DNA of 64,000 nucleotides. Source: an uncultured Acidobacteriaceae bacterium. GTDB lineage: Bacteria; Acidobacteriota; Terriglobia; Terriglobales; Acidobacteriaceae. The translations under genes were made by a program, and so were the position numbers. The number at the start of each line of letters is the position of its first letter. Positions within the stretch are counted from its first letter, which is position 1. The notes under the pieces are model-generated. The model was not told the origin of the DNA, made no database searches, and saw only the letters and a program-made list of their open reading frames with translations. The stretch spans positions 601,975-665,974 of the forward strand of contig CAVSBF010000002.1 of assembly GCA_963726155.1 (NCBI GenBank), written 5' to 3'. Shown here piece after piece: positions 8,521-18,967 of this stretch.

Positions 8521-9477
8521 TCATTTCTTCTGCACATCTTCCACGGGCATGATCTTTGTGGTCGCTCGAAATTTCTTGTAATCGCGGAAGCTCTGTTCCA
8601 CATCGACATTGAAGTTCTTGAGTAGCGCCAGGCGCACGTCGACCTTTGCCGTCAACTGGCGCGGCAGCCACACTTCCTGATTCACGCGCGTCTGCTCCAG
8701 CATGAAGCGTGAGCCTTTATGAAAACGGGCCAGGAACAGCCCCCAGGAGATTGTGTCCAGACATTCCACATCCATTCTGGCCAGTTGAAGATCGCTCTTA
8801 TCGATCCAGACGCGGCCGCGGAATTTCGTCAAAAACTTGGATTCTTTCATGTGCGGGACAAAATCCGGGCGCGGCTCGCCATCAATCACCCAGGCCTCAC
8901 GGCCGCCTACAAGTTCTGTTCCCACGAGTTTGAAGTTGTAGGCATCGGCGACTTCGCGGACGAACTTGCGGTCCTCTTCGCGATCTTTTTCTTCCTTCTT
9001 TTCGCGCTTGTTGCGTTCTTCTTCTGATTCGTTCTTGCGCTTGTCGATCACCTTCTGAATTTTTTCCTCTTCTTTGGCCGCGTCCTTGGCGTCGAGTGGT
9101 TTATCGTCTTTTTCAATCAGACGTTGCACCTGCTCGCCATAAAGCTCCATCACGTCGTAAGTCTTCACTTCAGTCGACTTCACCTGGCCTTTGCTGTCGA
9201 GCCTATGTTCTTCATCGCGTTCCACGTAGGTATAGTCACGCAGCCTTTTATCGTTCTCCATGTCCTTGTCGGCGACCACGCGAAAGAGGCGCTGCATCTG
9301 CTCCTGCGAGAGCGCGCCGTTGGCGTCGGGCTTCAAATCGAGCAGGGCACTGGCATCTGGCTGGGTTTTTGTGGCATCAGTGGCCGCAGCATCCGCGGCG
9401 CGCGTCGACTGGTCCTGCTGACCGTACGCCAGTGCGGAAGCAAGAAATAAAAAGAGAATGAGAACGCGAAGAGCCAC
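8521..9477 (-). CDS. secreted hypothetical protein (possibly LolA-like fold)
   Basis: GTG start, signal peptide MALRVLILFLFLASALAYGQ, a charged KE-rich middle and a beta-rich C-terminus. The fold assignment is only a guess. Confidence 0.55.
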   Translation of the reverse strand: MALRVLILFLFLASALAYGQQDQSTRAADAAATDATKTQPDASALLDLKPDANGALSQEQMQRLFRVVADKDMENDKRLRDYTYVERDEEHRLDSKGQVKSTEVKTYDVMELYGEQVQRLIEKDDKPLDAKDAAKEEEKIQKVIDKRKNESEEERNKREKKEEKDREEDRKFVREVADAYNFKLVGTELVGGREAWVIDGEPRPDFVPHMKESKFLTKFRGRVWIDKSDLQLARMDVECLDTISWGLFLARFHKGSRFMLEQTRVNQEVWLPRQLTAKVDVRLALLKNFNVDVEQSFRDYKKFRATTKIMPVEDVQKK

Positions 9478-9691
9478 GTCTCATTTTAGCTTTTCTCTGC
9501 AGCGTACGAAACAAGGCTGGCGAAAATTGAGCTTCCGCGTCCCGTTGAGACAAAAATTCTACAAACTAATGACGCACCAGTGACAAGTCCAAGGGGCGCC
9601 GCTCCTAACGTTGATCTGCGTCCAGCGAGAAAAGCTCAACTGAAGGACCGCAGATGTTCCTCGCACTTTCGATCACCAAGGAGAACTGACC

Positions 9692-10768
9692 ATGCCCCGT
9701 TTGATCAATCGAACTCTAGCGCTGACCTCTGTCCTCGGAGCGATGCTGATGATTATTTCCAGCACGGCCGCGGCGCAATATCAACTCACAAACCTTAATT
9801 CAAACCAGGTAAAAGCGGCTACACATACAGATCCGCTGCTGGTGAATGCGTGGGGAATGGTACACGCACCCGGCTCTGCGTGGTGGATCAGTGATAATGA
9901 TTCCGGATGGTCGACTCTTTACGACGGCGCCGGAAATACCGTGCAGCAACTGAAGGTAGTAATCCCAACCGCGGGAAACGGTCCTGATTCACCCACCGGT
10001 GCAAATGGTCCGGGGTCGCCAACGGGAATCGTATGGAGCGCGTCCACGACCGGTGAGTTTCAAGTGGCGGGATGGCCGTCGATTTTCCTTTTCGCCACGC
10101 TGGATGGAACCATCAGCGGGTGGACTCCCAAGTCGAACATCAACCAGGCCATTATCGCGGTCGACACATCGACCAGTAAAACTCCGGCGGTATACACCGG
10201 ATTGGCAATTACGAACAAGCCGTCGGGAAACTTCTTGTACGCCGCCGACATGGCAAACAATAAAGTGGATGTGTACGACGGAAATTTTAATCTCGTGACT
10301 TCGATCACCGATGCTGCCGTGCCTGCGGGCTTTGCACCGTTCGGCGTCCGCGACATCAATGGATTGGTCTATGTGACATTTGCCAACGTCAGCGGTGAGA
10401 ACGGTGGGTTCGTTGACGTGTTCAAAGAAGACGGTACGCCCGTGACGCCCGGCGAGCATTTGATCCAAGGGTTACCGCTCAATCAGCCCTGGGGAATTGC
10501 TCTGGCCCCGGCAAAGTTTGGACCGCTCAGCAATGCGCTTCTAGTCTCAAATAACACCAACACTGGGACCATCAACGCTTTCAACACAACTACCGGGAAG
10601 TTCGTAGGAACAATCAAGGACACGACCGGCAAGGTCATTTCTATAGACCAGCTTTGGGGAATCGATTTCGGAGACAACCTAGGCAAGAATGGAGGGAAGA
10701 ACCAATTGTTCTTTACAGCTGGTCCGAGCGGCAATCTGGCGGGAACCTTCGGCACGATCGTTTTTTAG
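9692..10768 (+). CDS. TIGR03118-like secreted beta-propeller family protein
   Basis: Signal peptide followed by QYQLTNLNSNQ ... DPLLVNAWGMV ... WWISDNDSGWSTLYDG, which I recall as the TIGR03118 N-terminal signature. SD AAGGAGA lies upstream. Confidence 0.6.
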   Translation: MPRLINRTLALTSVLGAMLMIISSTAAAQYQLTNLNSNQVKAATHTDPLLVNAWGMVHAPGSAWWISDNDSGWSTLYDGAGNTVQQLKVVIPTAGNGPDSPTGANGPGSPTGIVWSASTTGEFQVAGWPSIFLFATLDGTISGWTPKSNINQAIIAVDTSTSKTPAVYTGLAITNKPSGNFLYAADMANNKVDVYDGNFNLVTSITDAAVPAGFAPFGVRDINGLVYVTFANVSGENGGFVDVFKEDGTPVTPGEHLIQGLPLNQPWGIALAPAKFGPLSNALLVSNNTNTGTINAFNTTTGKFVGTIKDTTGKVISIDQLWGIDFGDNLGKNGGKNQLFFTAGPSGNLAGTFGTIVF

Positions 10769-10788
10769 CGTCCGTGCACTTTCGCGGT

Positions 10789-10818
10789 GTGGGACGACTT
10801 GCTAGCGAATCGTCCCAC
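10789..10818 (+). terminator. hairpin between convergent genes
   Basis: GTGGGACGA-N12-TCGTCCCAC (9-bp stem) followed by AGCATTTTA. The T-tract is weak. Confidence 0.45.
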
Positions 10819-10824
10819 AGCATT

Positions 10825-11391
10825 TTAGGCTTTGGGCTTTAGCGCCTTACCCAGACATTCCGCCTGAAACAGGCGCTCGTCCACGCGATGCAGGCGTTTC
10901 GCCATCGCTGGGGTAATCAGCGGATAGTGTTTTATTTCGAACAGGTGGTACACGATGAACCAAACAGGTTTGTCTGTGGTCATCCAGTTTTGACGATCGA
11001 ATCGTTTCAAGTTTACGGGCACGGAAAACCGCCGCAGCGTACGCTCTCTGCGCAGATTGAAGTAGATATTGAAATAGCTCAACGCCAGTTCGCGCAGCGT
11101 GCGGTAGACCGGCTCGCGCCAGCGGCATCCGGTGAAGTTGGATTTGGCCACAGCTCCCCAGCATCCATTTTCGCGAAAGATGGCGATCACGTGGTCGGTG
11201 TCGTGCTCCGCTTCAAAGTCGAGCAAAAGCGGAGGGTATCCGTTGGCGCGCAGAGCGGCGGCGGCGAAGATGGCGCCTTCGAGACAATGCGCGGTTTGTT
11301 CGGCTAAGACTCGGCGTGGAGACCAGGCAGTATCCGCGAGGTGATAAGGAGCATCGTCGAGAAATTTCTGAATGCCGTGAGGGTCTTTCAT
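10825..11391 (-). CDS. hypothetical protein, possibly transglutaminase-like cysteine peptidase fold
   Basis: 188 aa. The spacing AHCLEGAIFAAAALRANGYP ... DHVIAIF ... resembles the Cys/His core of transglutaminase-like proteins. Weak, by-eye call. Confidence 0.4.
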   Translation of the reverse strand: MKDPHGIQKFLDDAPYHLADTAWSPRRVLAEQTAHCLEGAIFAAAALRANGYPPLLLDFEAEHDTDHVIAIFRENGCWGAVAKSNFTGCRWREPVYRTLRELALSYFNIYFNLRRERTLRRFSVPVNLKRFDRQNWMTTDKPVWFIVYHLFEIKHYPLITPAMAKRLHRVDERLFQAECLGKALKPKA

Positions 11392-11497
11392 GCTGCGCAG
11401 TTTGCGCGAGTTCCGAAGGGGTGAAGCCGGTTGCGTCGCTCATCGTCCGCATGAGTTTACATGAGAGCCCGTAAGTATCGGAGAAAGAGACGCTGCT

Positions 11498-12223
11498 CTA
11501 TTGGAACACTTGCGCAAGTTCGTGCGGTGCATCCACGATCACATCCGGGGAGCTTGCCTCCAGCGTATGCGGCGCGAAGCCGTAGTTGACAGCAACGGTC
11601 CAGAGGCCTGCATTGCGTCCGGTTTCGACATCCACGTGAGAGTCGCCGACGATCGCGGCTTCCTGGGGATCGACGCCATGTTCGTCAAGCAATTTGAGCG
11701 CCCCCTCGGGCGCAGGCTTTTTCGTTGCGAAACTGTTTCCACCGTAGACTGTGGTGAAGAACGGGCCCAGGCCGAGCGCATCAACAATGGCACGTGACGG
11801 GACTACTGGCTTATTCGACAGCACCGCCATTCGACGCCCCCCCTTGAGTTGCGTGCGATTATCACCTCTCGAATTCTGCAGAGACAAGTTCTGAATCGCG
11901 CCCAGAGATTCGTGGATGCCAGGGTAAACCGTGGTGTGATCGAGTTTGTGCTCGCGGTAGTAAGACAAGAAGAACCGCAGACCTTCGCGCACGACCGCCT
12001 CGTCGACCGACTCTCCGCCGAGCGCGCGCTGAATCAGAACCGGGGCGCCGTCGCCAACGTAGCTGGCGATAACATCATCGGGCAATTCCGGCCGCCCGAT
12101 GTGGCGCAGTGCCGCATTTACCGAGTGCACCAGGTCCAAGCGCGAATCGATCAGAGTACCGTCGAGGTCGAAGATCACCAGCTTGATGGTGCGCGGATCA
12201 AAGGCGCGGCGGGTTTGAATCAT
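11498..12223 (-). CDS. HAD-superfamily hydrolase (phosphoglycolate phosphatase-like)
   Basis: Motif I FDLDGTLIDS, motif II VLSNKP and motif IV GDSHVDVETGRNAG. Confidence 0.85.
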   Translation of the reverse strand: MIQTRRAFDPRTIKLVIFDLDGTLIDSRLDLVHSVNAALRHIGRPELPDDVIASYVGDGAPVLIQRALGGESVDEAVVREGLRFFLSYYREHKLDHTTVYPGIHESLGAIQNLSLQNSRGDNRTQLKGGRRMAVLSNKPVVPSRAIVDALGLGPFFTTVYGGNSFATKKPAPEGALKLLDEHGVDPQEAAIVGDSHVDVETGRNAGLWTVAVNYGFAPHTLEASSPDVIVDAPHELAQVFQ

Positions 12224-12354
12224 CGGTTTTCAGGATAACCGATGCGACCTTGCGAAAGTCACAAGATGTTGGGCCAACGACGAGGGACGCACTCTTCTGG
12301 AAGATTTAGAAGATCTAACCTCAAGTGAGCCCCTAATTTTCCGATAAAAGAAGG

Positions 12355-12816
12355 ATGACGCACTCCGGCGATCTTATTTCCCTGGTGTATCTCAGTGAGG
12401 CCGTTGGCCATTTCTCGCATCTGGACCTGGCGGAACTTCTTGCGAAAAGCAGAGCGAATAACTCTACCCTCGGCATCACCGGTATGCTTTTATTCAAAGA
12501 AGGCAAATTCTTACAGGCTCTTGAGGGGAAGCGGGACGACGTAATGGCCCTGTACCGAAAAATCGGCAAGGACTTTCGTCATCGAAAGGTAATATCGTTG
12601 TCCAGCGAAACGATAGCCCGCCGAGACTTTCCTGATTGGACGATGGGCTTCCACGATTTGGGTGCTGCCCAAGCCTTGAATATCCCAGGCATTAATTCCT
12701 TCTTAAACAGCACTCTAACGATGACAGATTTCGCAACCGAGCCCGGACGCGCGAAAAAGCTCTTGCTGCTGTTCAAAGAAGAGAAACTGCTCGCGAAACG
12801 GGCAGCCCGCGGTTGA
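12355..12816 (+). CDS. BLUF-domain blue-light FAD photoreceptor (short, stand-alone)
   Basis: LISLVYLSEA ... ANNSTLGITGMLLFKEGKFLQALEG ... is the canonical BLUF core. 153 aa with no output domain. Confidence 0.85.
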   Translation: MTHSGDLISLVYLSEAVGHFSHLDLAELLAKSRANNSTLGITGMLLFKEGKFLQALEGKRDDVMALYRKIGKDFRHRKVISLSSETIARRDFPDWTMGFHDLGAAQALNIPGINSFLNSTLTMTDFATEPGRAKKLLLLFKEEKLLAKRAARG

Positions 12817-12901
12817 CGCTTCCGCTTCTGATTCAGATCGATCCTTCCTCGCTCTATCGTCGGTTCCGGCAACCGAACGGGTTCGTCCGTATAATTTCGC
12901 C

Positions 12902-14071
12902 ATGGCAAAGAGTTGGAAGACGCGGTTGATTCATTCTGACGTCAAAGTTCCGCAGGGATACCGGTCGCTGGCCAGCCCCGTGTTTCGCGGATCTACTACG
13001 TTGTTTACCGACGCTGCTTCCGTCAACGACAGTTGGGACCAGTATGAAGTCGGCTACACATACGGCCTCTATGGCACACCTACGACTTTAGAACTCGCGG
13101 GAAAAATTTGCGAACTGGAGAACGGTTACCGGACGATCATCACCCCGGGAGGGCAGGGTGCGATTTCGCTGATCAATCTGGCTCTGCTGAAGAGCGGCGA
13201 TCACATTCTGATTCCCGAGAATGTCTATACGCCGAACCGGCAACTTGCGAGGAATGTATTGCGGCGCTTCGGAGTGGAAGTCGGCTTTTATCCTCCAGAA
13301 ATCGGTGCTGGCATTAAGGATCTTTTGCAGGAGAATACTCGGCTGATTTGGTGCGAGAATCCGGGATCAATCACGATGGAAGTACAGGACGTGCCGGCGA
13401 TCGCCGAAGCCGCACACGCTCGCGGAGCGCTGGTGGCGCTGGATAACACATGGTCCGCGGGAGTGTATTTCGATGCATTCGCGCACGGCGCCGACATCAC
13501 GATGCAAGCGCTGACAAAGTATGTAGGCGGACACAGCGACGTGCTGCTGGGTTCGGCGACGGTGAAGGATCCGAAGCTCTACCAGCAATTAGGAGCAACG
13601 CAGCAACTGCTGGGGAGCGCGTCGTCGCCGGACGATTGCAGCCTGGCTTTGCGTGGTATGCGGACCTTGGCGGTTCGCCTGAAACACATTGAGGCCTCGG
13701 CTTTGCGGATTGCGCTCTGGCTGGCCGCGCGGCCGGAGATTGAGCGCGTGCTGCATCCGGCCCTGGAGGATTCGCCCGGGCACGAGATCTGGAAGCGGGA
13801 CTTCACCGGATCTGCAGGAGTTTTTTCCATCGTTGTCAAACCTGAAACCACAAAGGCTCAAGTGCTGCAATTCGTCGATAAGCTGGAGTTGTTCGAGATT
13901 GGCTATAGCTGGGGTGGGGTGGCAAGCCTGGCCGTGGCCTATGACTTTCAGCGAGCGAAGGGCCGTCCGGACTACGGGCACCGCATTGTGAGGCTGAACG
14001 TTGGGCTGGAAGATACCGAGGATCTGGTCGAAGATCTCGGCCGCAGCTTAGGGACGGCTTGGCGTAAATAA
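12902..14071 (+). CDS. metC: cystathionine beta-lyase-like, PLP-dependent Cys/Met metabolism enzyme
   Basis: N-terminal KTRLIH ... TLF, with LTKYVGGHSDVLLG providing the PLP-lysine motif. 389 aa. Confidence 0.8.
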   Translation: MAKSWKTRLIHSDVKVPQGYRSLASPVFRGSTTLFTDAASVNDSWDQYEVGYTYGLYGTPTTLELAGKICELENGYRTIITPGGQGAISLINLALLKSGDHILIPENVYTPNRQLARNVLRRFGVEVGFYPPEIGAGIKDLLQENTRLIWCENPGSITMEVQDVPAIAEAAHARGALVALDNTWSAGVYFDAFAHGADITMQALTKYVGGHSDVLLGSATVKDPKLYQQLGATQQLLGSASSPDDCSLALRGMRTLAVRLKHIEASALRIALWLAARPEIERVLHPALEDSPGHEIWKRDFTGSAGVFSIVVKPETTKAQVLQFVDKLELFEIGYSWGGVASLAVAYDFQRAKGRPDYGHRIVRLNVGLEDTEDLVEDLGRSLGTAWRK

Positions 14072-14220
14072 TTCTGGCCTACCCACGGAATCGGCGGTCC
14101 CGCGACCGAGGAACTTCCATGTTTTCGAAACCCCATATCCCATTTACAATGCAACCTGCCCGGTAGCGCTCCGCACCTTAGTGATGCGGCGGACATCTAA
14201 TCGAGCAACTAGAGAACCGG

Positions 14221-16443
14221 ATGGCGACCACAAAAACCGACCCTAAACTTTCTCTCCCAGGTGGCAAGAAGTCCCGTAACTATGAGGGACTTACGCGCGA
14301 ACGACTCATCGAACTCTACCGCATTATGTATACCTCCCGGCGCATCGATGACCGGGAAATCATGCTGAAGCGGCAGCAAAAGATTTTCTTCCAGATGTCG
14401 GGGGCGGGGCATGAAGCCATAGGCGCCGCTGCCGGGATGGTCCTGAAGGCAGGCTACGACTGGTTTTATCCCTACTACCGCGACCGCGCCCTATGCCTGG
14501 CTCTGGGTGCCAAACCCTTGGAAATGTTTCTGCAGGCGGTGGGAGCGGCGGACGACCCGAGTTCGGGCGGACGCCAGATGCCTTCGCACTGGGGGTATAA
14601 GCGGCTGAACATAGTTACGCAATCGTCGCCCACCGGATCGCAAATTCTGCAGGCCGTCGGATGCGCGGAAGCAGGGCGTTACTTTACGCAGCATCCGAAA
14701 GCCGCCGAGGTTCCCACTTCTCAGGGCGATGAAGAAAAAGACTATCGCCATTTTAAAGATGTGAGCTTCCAGGGTGATGAGGTCACTTATGTGTCGCTTG
14801 GCGACGGCACCACCAGCGAAGGCGAGTTCTGGGAGGCGATGAACGCCGCTGCATTAAATAAGCTCCCGGTAATCTTCTGCGTGCAGGATAACGGCTACGC
14901 GATATCGGTACCGGTGGAAGTGCAAACGGCGGGCGGCAGCATTTCGCGGCTGGTCTCGGGCTTTCCGAACTTTCATTTTGAAGAAGTCGACGGCACGGAC
15001 CCGGTGGCCAGCTACGGCGCATTTCAGCGCGCCACCCAATATTGCCGCGAGGGCCACGGGCCGGCGTTTGTGCATGCTCATGTGATTCGTCCCTACTCGC
15101 ATTCTCTTTCCGATGACGAGCGCTTGTACCGACCCGATGCGGAACGGGAACGGGATGCGGCCCGCGATCCGGTTTCGCGTACCCAGATGTTTTTGCTGCG
15201 CGAGGGAATCCTCGACGAGAAGGGCATCAACGAGCTGGAGAAGAAAGTCGAAGAAGAGTTGCAGATCGCCGTGGACCAGGCGCTTGCCGCCTTGCCACCG
15301 GCGCCCGAAAGCGTGATGCAGTTTGTGTATTCCCCAGATCTCGATCCGACCTCTGCGGTCTTCGAAACGCAGGCAATTGTGGGACCCGATACGGCTGATG
15401 GCAAAAAGCCGGCGGCCAAGACCATGGCCGATTTAATCAACGTGACATTGCGCGACGAGATGAAGCGCGATGAGCGCATCGTGATCTTCGGGGAAGACGT
15501 TGCGGATTGCAGCCGCGAAGAATATCTAAAACGCAAGCTGGTCAAAGGCAAGGGTGGAGTTTTCAAACTCACTTTTGGTTTGCAATGCGAGTTTGGAAAT
15601 GATCGCGTGTTCAACTCTCCGCTAGCGGAGGCCGCAATTGTCGGTCGTGCCACCGGCATGGCGACGCGGGGGCTGAAGCCGGTGGTCGAGATCCAGTTCT
15701 TCGATTACATCTGGCCCGCCATGATGCAGATTCGCGATGAGCTGTCGGTAATTCGCTGGCGCTCGAATAATGTGTTCTCGTGCCCAGTCGTCATTCGCGT
15801 GGCGATCGGCGGATATTTAACCGGCGGCGCGATTTATCACTCGCAGTGCGGCGAGAGCATGTTCACCCATATTCCGGGGCTGCGGGTAGTGTTTCCATCC
15901 AATGCGCTGGATGCGGCAGGGCTGTTGCGAACTGCGATCCGGTCTGATGATCCGGTATTGTTTCTCGAACACAAAAGACTCTATCGCGAGACCTTCGGCC
16001 GCGCCGCTTATCCGGGGCCGGATTACATGATTCCGTTCGGCAAGGCGAAGATCGTGAATCCGGGAACGGATTTGACGGTGATCACTTATGGCGCGGTGGT
16101 GCCGCGGGCGCTGCAGGCGGCCCAGAAGCTCGAACGGGAACACGGCGTGAAAGTCGAACTGATTGATTTGCGATGCCTAAATCCCTTTGATTGGGAGACG
16201 ATTGCGGAATCGGTCGCGAAAACGAATCGCGCCCTCGTGGCCTACGAAGATACGTTGAGCTGGGGCTACGGCGCTGAAATCGCGGCGCGCATTGCCGACC
16301 GCCTGTTCGATAAGCTGGATGCTCCGGTGCGCCGGGTGGCTGCGGCTGATACATTTGTGGCTTACCAGCCGATCCTCGAAGATGCCATTCTTCCCCAGGC
16401 GAACGATCTTTTCCGCGCGATGAAGGAACTGGCTGAATATTGA
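14221..16443 (+). CDS. fused alpha/beta E1 component of a 2-oxoacid (branched-chain type) dehydrogenase, TPP-dependent
   Basis: 740 aa. The N-terminal half is E1-alpha-like ([20 protein letters not shown] motif). The C-terminal half is E1-beta-like ([18 protein letters not shown], transketolase C-terminal region). Confidence 0.85.
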   Translation: MATTKTDPKLSLPGGKKSRNYEGLTRERLIELYRIMYTSRRIDDREIMLKRQQKIFFQMSGAGHEAIGAAAGMVLKAGYDWFYPYYRDRALCLALGAKPLEMFLQAVGAADDPSSGGRQMPSHWGYKRLNIVTQSSPTGSQILQAVGCAEAGRYFTQHPKAAEVPTSQGDEEKDYRHFKDVSFQGDEVTYVSLGDGTTSEGEFWEAMNAAALNKLPVIFCVQDNGYAISVPVEVQTAGGSISRLVSGFPNFHFEEVDGTDPVASYGAFQRATQYCREGHGPAFVHAHVIRPYSHSLSDDERLYRPDAERERDAARDPVSRTQMFLLREGILDEKGINELEKKVEEELQIAVDQALAALPPAPESVMQFVYSPDLDPTSAVFETQAIVGPDTADGKKPAAKTMADLINVTLRDEMKRDERIVIFGEDVADCSREEYLKRKLVKGKGGVFKLTFGLQCEFGNDRVFNSPLAEAAIVGRATGMATRGLKPVVEIQFFDYIWPAMMQIRDELSVIRWRSNNVFSCPVVIRVAIGGYLTGGAIYHSQCGESMFTHIPGLRVVFPSNALDAAGLLRTAIRSDDPVLFLEHKRLYRETFGRAAYPGPDYMIPFGKAKIVNPGTDLTVITYGAVVPRALQAAQKLEREHGVKVELIDLRCLNPFDWETIAESVAKTNRALVAYEDTLSWGYGAEIAARIADRLFDKLDAPVRRVAAADTFVAYQPILEDAILPQANDLFRAMKELAEY

Positions 16444-16537
16444 TTCGCGAAGGCCTGCCTTATCCCACTGGTCCCGCAGGGTAAAGTTACGAAGGCTTCC
16501 TTCGCAAGCCGCTTCTCGTTGATCGTTCCTTTCCACA

Positions 16538-18052
16538 ATGCTAGGCTCGAAGCAGGTGGGAACTCCTTACTTCAATTCTGTAAAGGCTGGCCAAGCCGCG
16601 GGCGCGTGGGCGTGGCTTAACTCGGCGACCGCGGAGGTGTGGGCCAAGTTTTTTCTGGCTCTGGTGGGACTGGCTCTAGCTTTCGGAGCGGCACTGTTTT
16701 CCACAGCGTCGGGTGAGGCGGGACATCTTTGGGCTTCGGTGATCCTCGCCTCCGTGGCTCTATTGATGGCGGCTTTTGTGGGATTGGTCACAGTACCCTA
16801 TCTGGCGCGGCGGGTGGCGTTGGAGCGGCTGCGTCAAACATTTCACTACGAGGTCACCAAGGCCGGAGTGGTCTATGTGCTGGTCACGCTGGTGATTGGC
16901 ATTGCAGCGCTGAACACGGGAAACAATCTGCTCTACATTGTGGTGGCCGCGATGCTGGCAGCGATTCTGGTTTCCGGCGTGGTGTCGGCCCTGGTGCTGC
17001 GCGGACTGCAACTGGACGTGCGACTGCCCGAGCACGTTTTTGCCGGGCGCCCGGTGGTAGGGCGGATCGCACTGCGCAACGTGGGGCGCGCGCTGCCCTC
17101 GTTTTCGATCCGCGTAGTACCAGCACGGAAGCAGACAAAAGTGCGAAAAGAGTGGCGATGGGAGCCGACAACATTCGTTTTTCCGCTCAATCGTTCTCCG
17201 CAGAATCAATGGGTGCGGCTGCGCGACTGGAGCGTGCGGCGAGTGGAGGTTGCAGCCGATCCGCCAGGAATTTTCGAAGGCATGGTTTATTTTCCATACC
17301 TGCCCCCCAAGGCTGAGCTAACCGCCGATCTGGAGTTGTGCTTCGAGCGGCGCGGGCGTTATTGCGAATCGAGCTTTGGCGTGGCTACGCGGTTTCCGTT
17401 CGCCTTCCTTACCAAAACAAAACATGTGGCCTTGCAGCGCGAGATTCTGGTCTACCCGCGAATTGATGCGCCCAGTGAGCTGTTTGAAATCCTGCCCCGG
17501 GTGCGTGGAGAGTGGGAAAGTTTTGTGCGCGGGCGCGGTTCCGATTTGTATTGCATACGAGAGTATTTGCCGGAAGATTCGGCGCGCCACGTGGACTGGA
17601 AGGCGACGGCGAAGTCCGGATCATTGAAAGTGCGCGAATTCAGCCGCGAGGACGAGCGCAAGCTTTGCATTGTGTTTGACAATCCGGGAGTTGGAGTGAT
17701 TTCCGAGGCGGCTTACGAACGCGCGGTGAATCTGGCTGCCTCGCTGGCCTGGCATTTTTCCTCGCAGGACGCGGAGGTTTCATTCCTGGTGGCGGGGCAG
17801 GAGCGCGTTGTGGAGATCGACGAATTCCTGGCGCGACTTGCGGTCGTCGAGCCCCACGATGGGCAACCGCTTCGCGCTGATGTTCTTCGGGAAATCAATT
17901 TAGGCAGCAATGGCGAGTACAACATCGTGCTCACCGCGCGGACACCTGAGAGTTTGGCCTCGGCGTGGCATAATTCCGCGTGTTTCGTTTTTCTTGGAGC
18001 AGACGTCCCTTCGCTCAAAAAGACGGAGCGCGTCGGTTCAGTGTCAAGATAG
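16538..18052 (+). CDS. DUF58-domain protein with N-terminal transmembrane segments
   Basis: Several N-terminal hydrophobic helices. YLPEDSARHVDWKATAKSGSLKVREFSREDE matches the DUF58 core. Confidence 0.75.
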   Translation: MLGSKQVGTPYFNSVKAGQAAGAWAWLNSATAEVWAKFFLALVGLALAFGAALFSTASGEAGHLWASVILASVALLMAAFVGLVTVPYLARRVALERLRQTFHYEVTKAGVVYVLVTLVIGIAALNTGNNLLYIVVAAMLAAILVSGVVSALVLRGLQLDVRLPEHVFAGRPVVGRIALRNVGRALPSFSIRVVPARKQTKVRKEWRWEPTTFVFPLNRSPQNQWVRLRDWSVRRVEVAADPPGIFEGMVYFPYLPPKAELTADLELCFERRGRYCESSFGVATRFPFAFLTKTKHVALQREILVYPRIDAPSELFEILPRVRGEWESFVRGRGSDLYCIREYLPEDSARHVDWKATAKSGSLKVREFSREDERKLCIVFDNPGVGVISEAAYERAVNLAASLAWHFSSQDAEVSFLVAGQERVVEIDEFLARLAVVEPHDGQPLRADVLREINLGSNGEYNIVLTARTPESLASAWHNSACFVFLGADVPSLKKTERVGSVSR

Positions 18053-18218
18053 TTTTACGCCTTTTGCCTTTCTTTTACTCCTCCCGGAATGACGCGAGGG
18101 GCGATCTATTCTTTTTCCTCAACTGTTTAACGCTTCCCATACATCTTATTTGGGCATATACTCGGCCCCCGGTATGGGTTTTTGGGGTGCACAAAAGAGG
18201 ACGGCCCGGGAGGATCCA

Positions 18219-18650
18219 ATGCGTATCTGCGATCTGATCAAGAACCAGGAAGTCTACGAGGGAGAGCTCGGCCAAACCGTATTAGAAACAGTACGCGCCA
18301 TGGTGGAACGAAACATCGGAGCCGTTCCGGTGCTTCACAATGGCAAACTTGTGGGAATATTCTCCGAGCGCGACTTGATGAAGCGGGTCGTGGCCGAGGG
18401 CTTGGATCCACGCTCCACTTGCCTGGCCGAGGCCATGACCGATGATCCGATGACGGTCAGCATGCACGAGGAACTGGAAAACTGCATGGCTTTGATGCGG
18501 CGGCACAATTTCCGTCATTTGCCGGTTTGCCACGAGGGACAACTGTTGGGAATAGTATCGCTACGCGACATCCTGCTGCACGACTTGAACGAGAAAGACG
18601 ATGAAGTGCGCATGATGCGCGCCTATATCCACTCGGTTCCTGACGCCTAG
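18219..18650 (+). CDS. CBS-domain pair protein
   Basis: Two CBS repeats (GAVPVLHNGKLVGIFSERDLM and RHLPVCHEGQLLGIVSLRDIL). The ATG at 18219 follows GGGAGGA. Confidence 0.8.
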   Translation: MRICDLIKNQEVYEGELGQTVLETVRAMVERNIGAVPVLHNGKLVGIFSERDLMKRVVAEGLDPRSTCLAEAMTDDPMTVSMHEELENCMALMRRHNFRHLPVCHEGQLLGIVSLRDILLHDLNEKDDEVRMMRAYIHSVPDA

Positions 18651-18967
18651 AGCGCCCAGAGCGCCAATCGAGCCAGGACATAGAGTGAACGTGTACGCGG
18701 CCTGTGGGAAGATTCTTGCCCGAAACGGATTAAGATATAATCCCTCTCGCTACGATGAGAGGGACCTGTTCTGCCTCGGTTCCATCCATCGCATCCTTTG
18801 CCCCGCTCGGCGAATGGCACAAAGGTAACGTTACTTTAGGTTACCTGAGTACATTGAACACCTGCGTTAAAGGGTTTATTTTCTTTTAATCTATTCAAAG
18901 TGCCGCTACTGCGCAGCTCGTTTCTTTTCATGCGTTTGTTGTAAAGATCTGGAGTGTTGTTGTTGCC

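Noticed and set aside
8405-8671. N-terminal extension of the cNMP/TrxR-like ORF
   Set aside because: It would overlap the 3' end of the upstream gene by 150 nt and is Arg/Cys-rich. The ATG at 8404 gives the expected start of the cNMP-binding domain.
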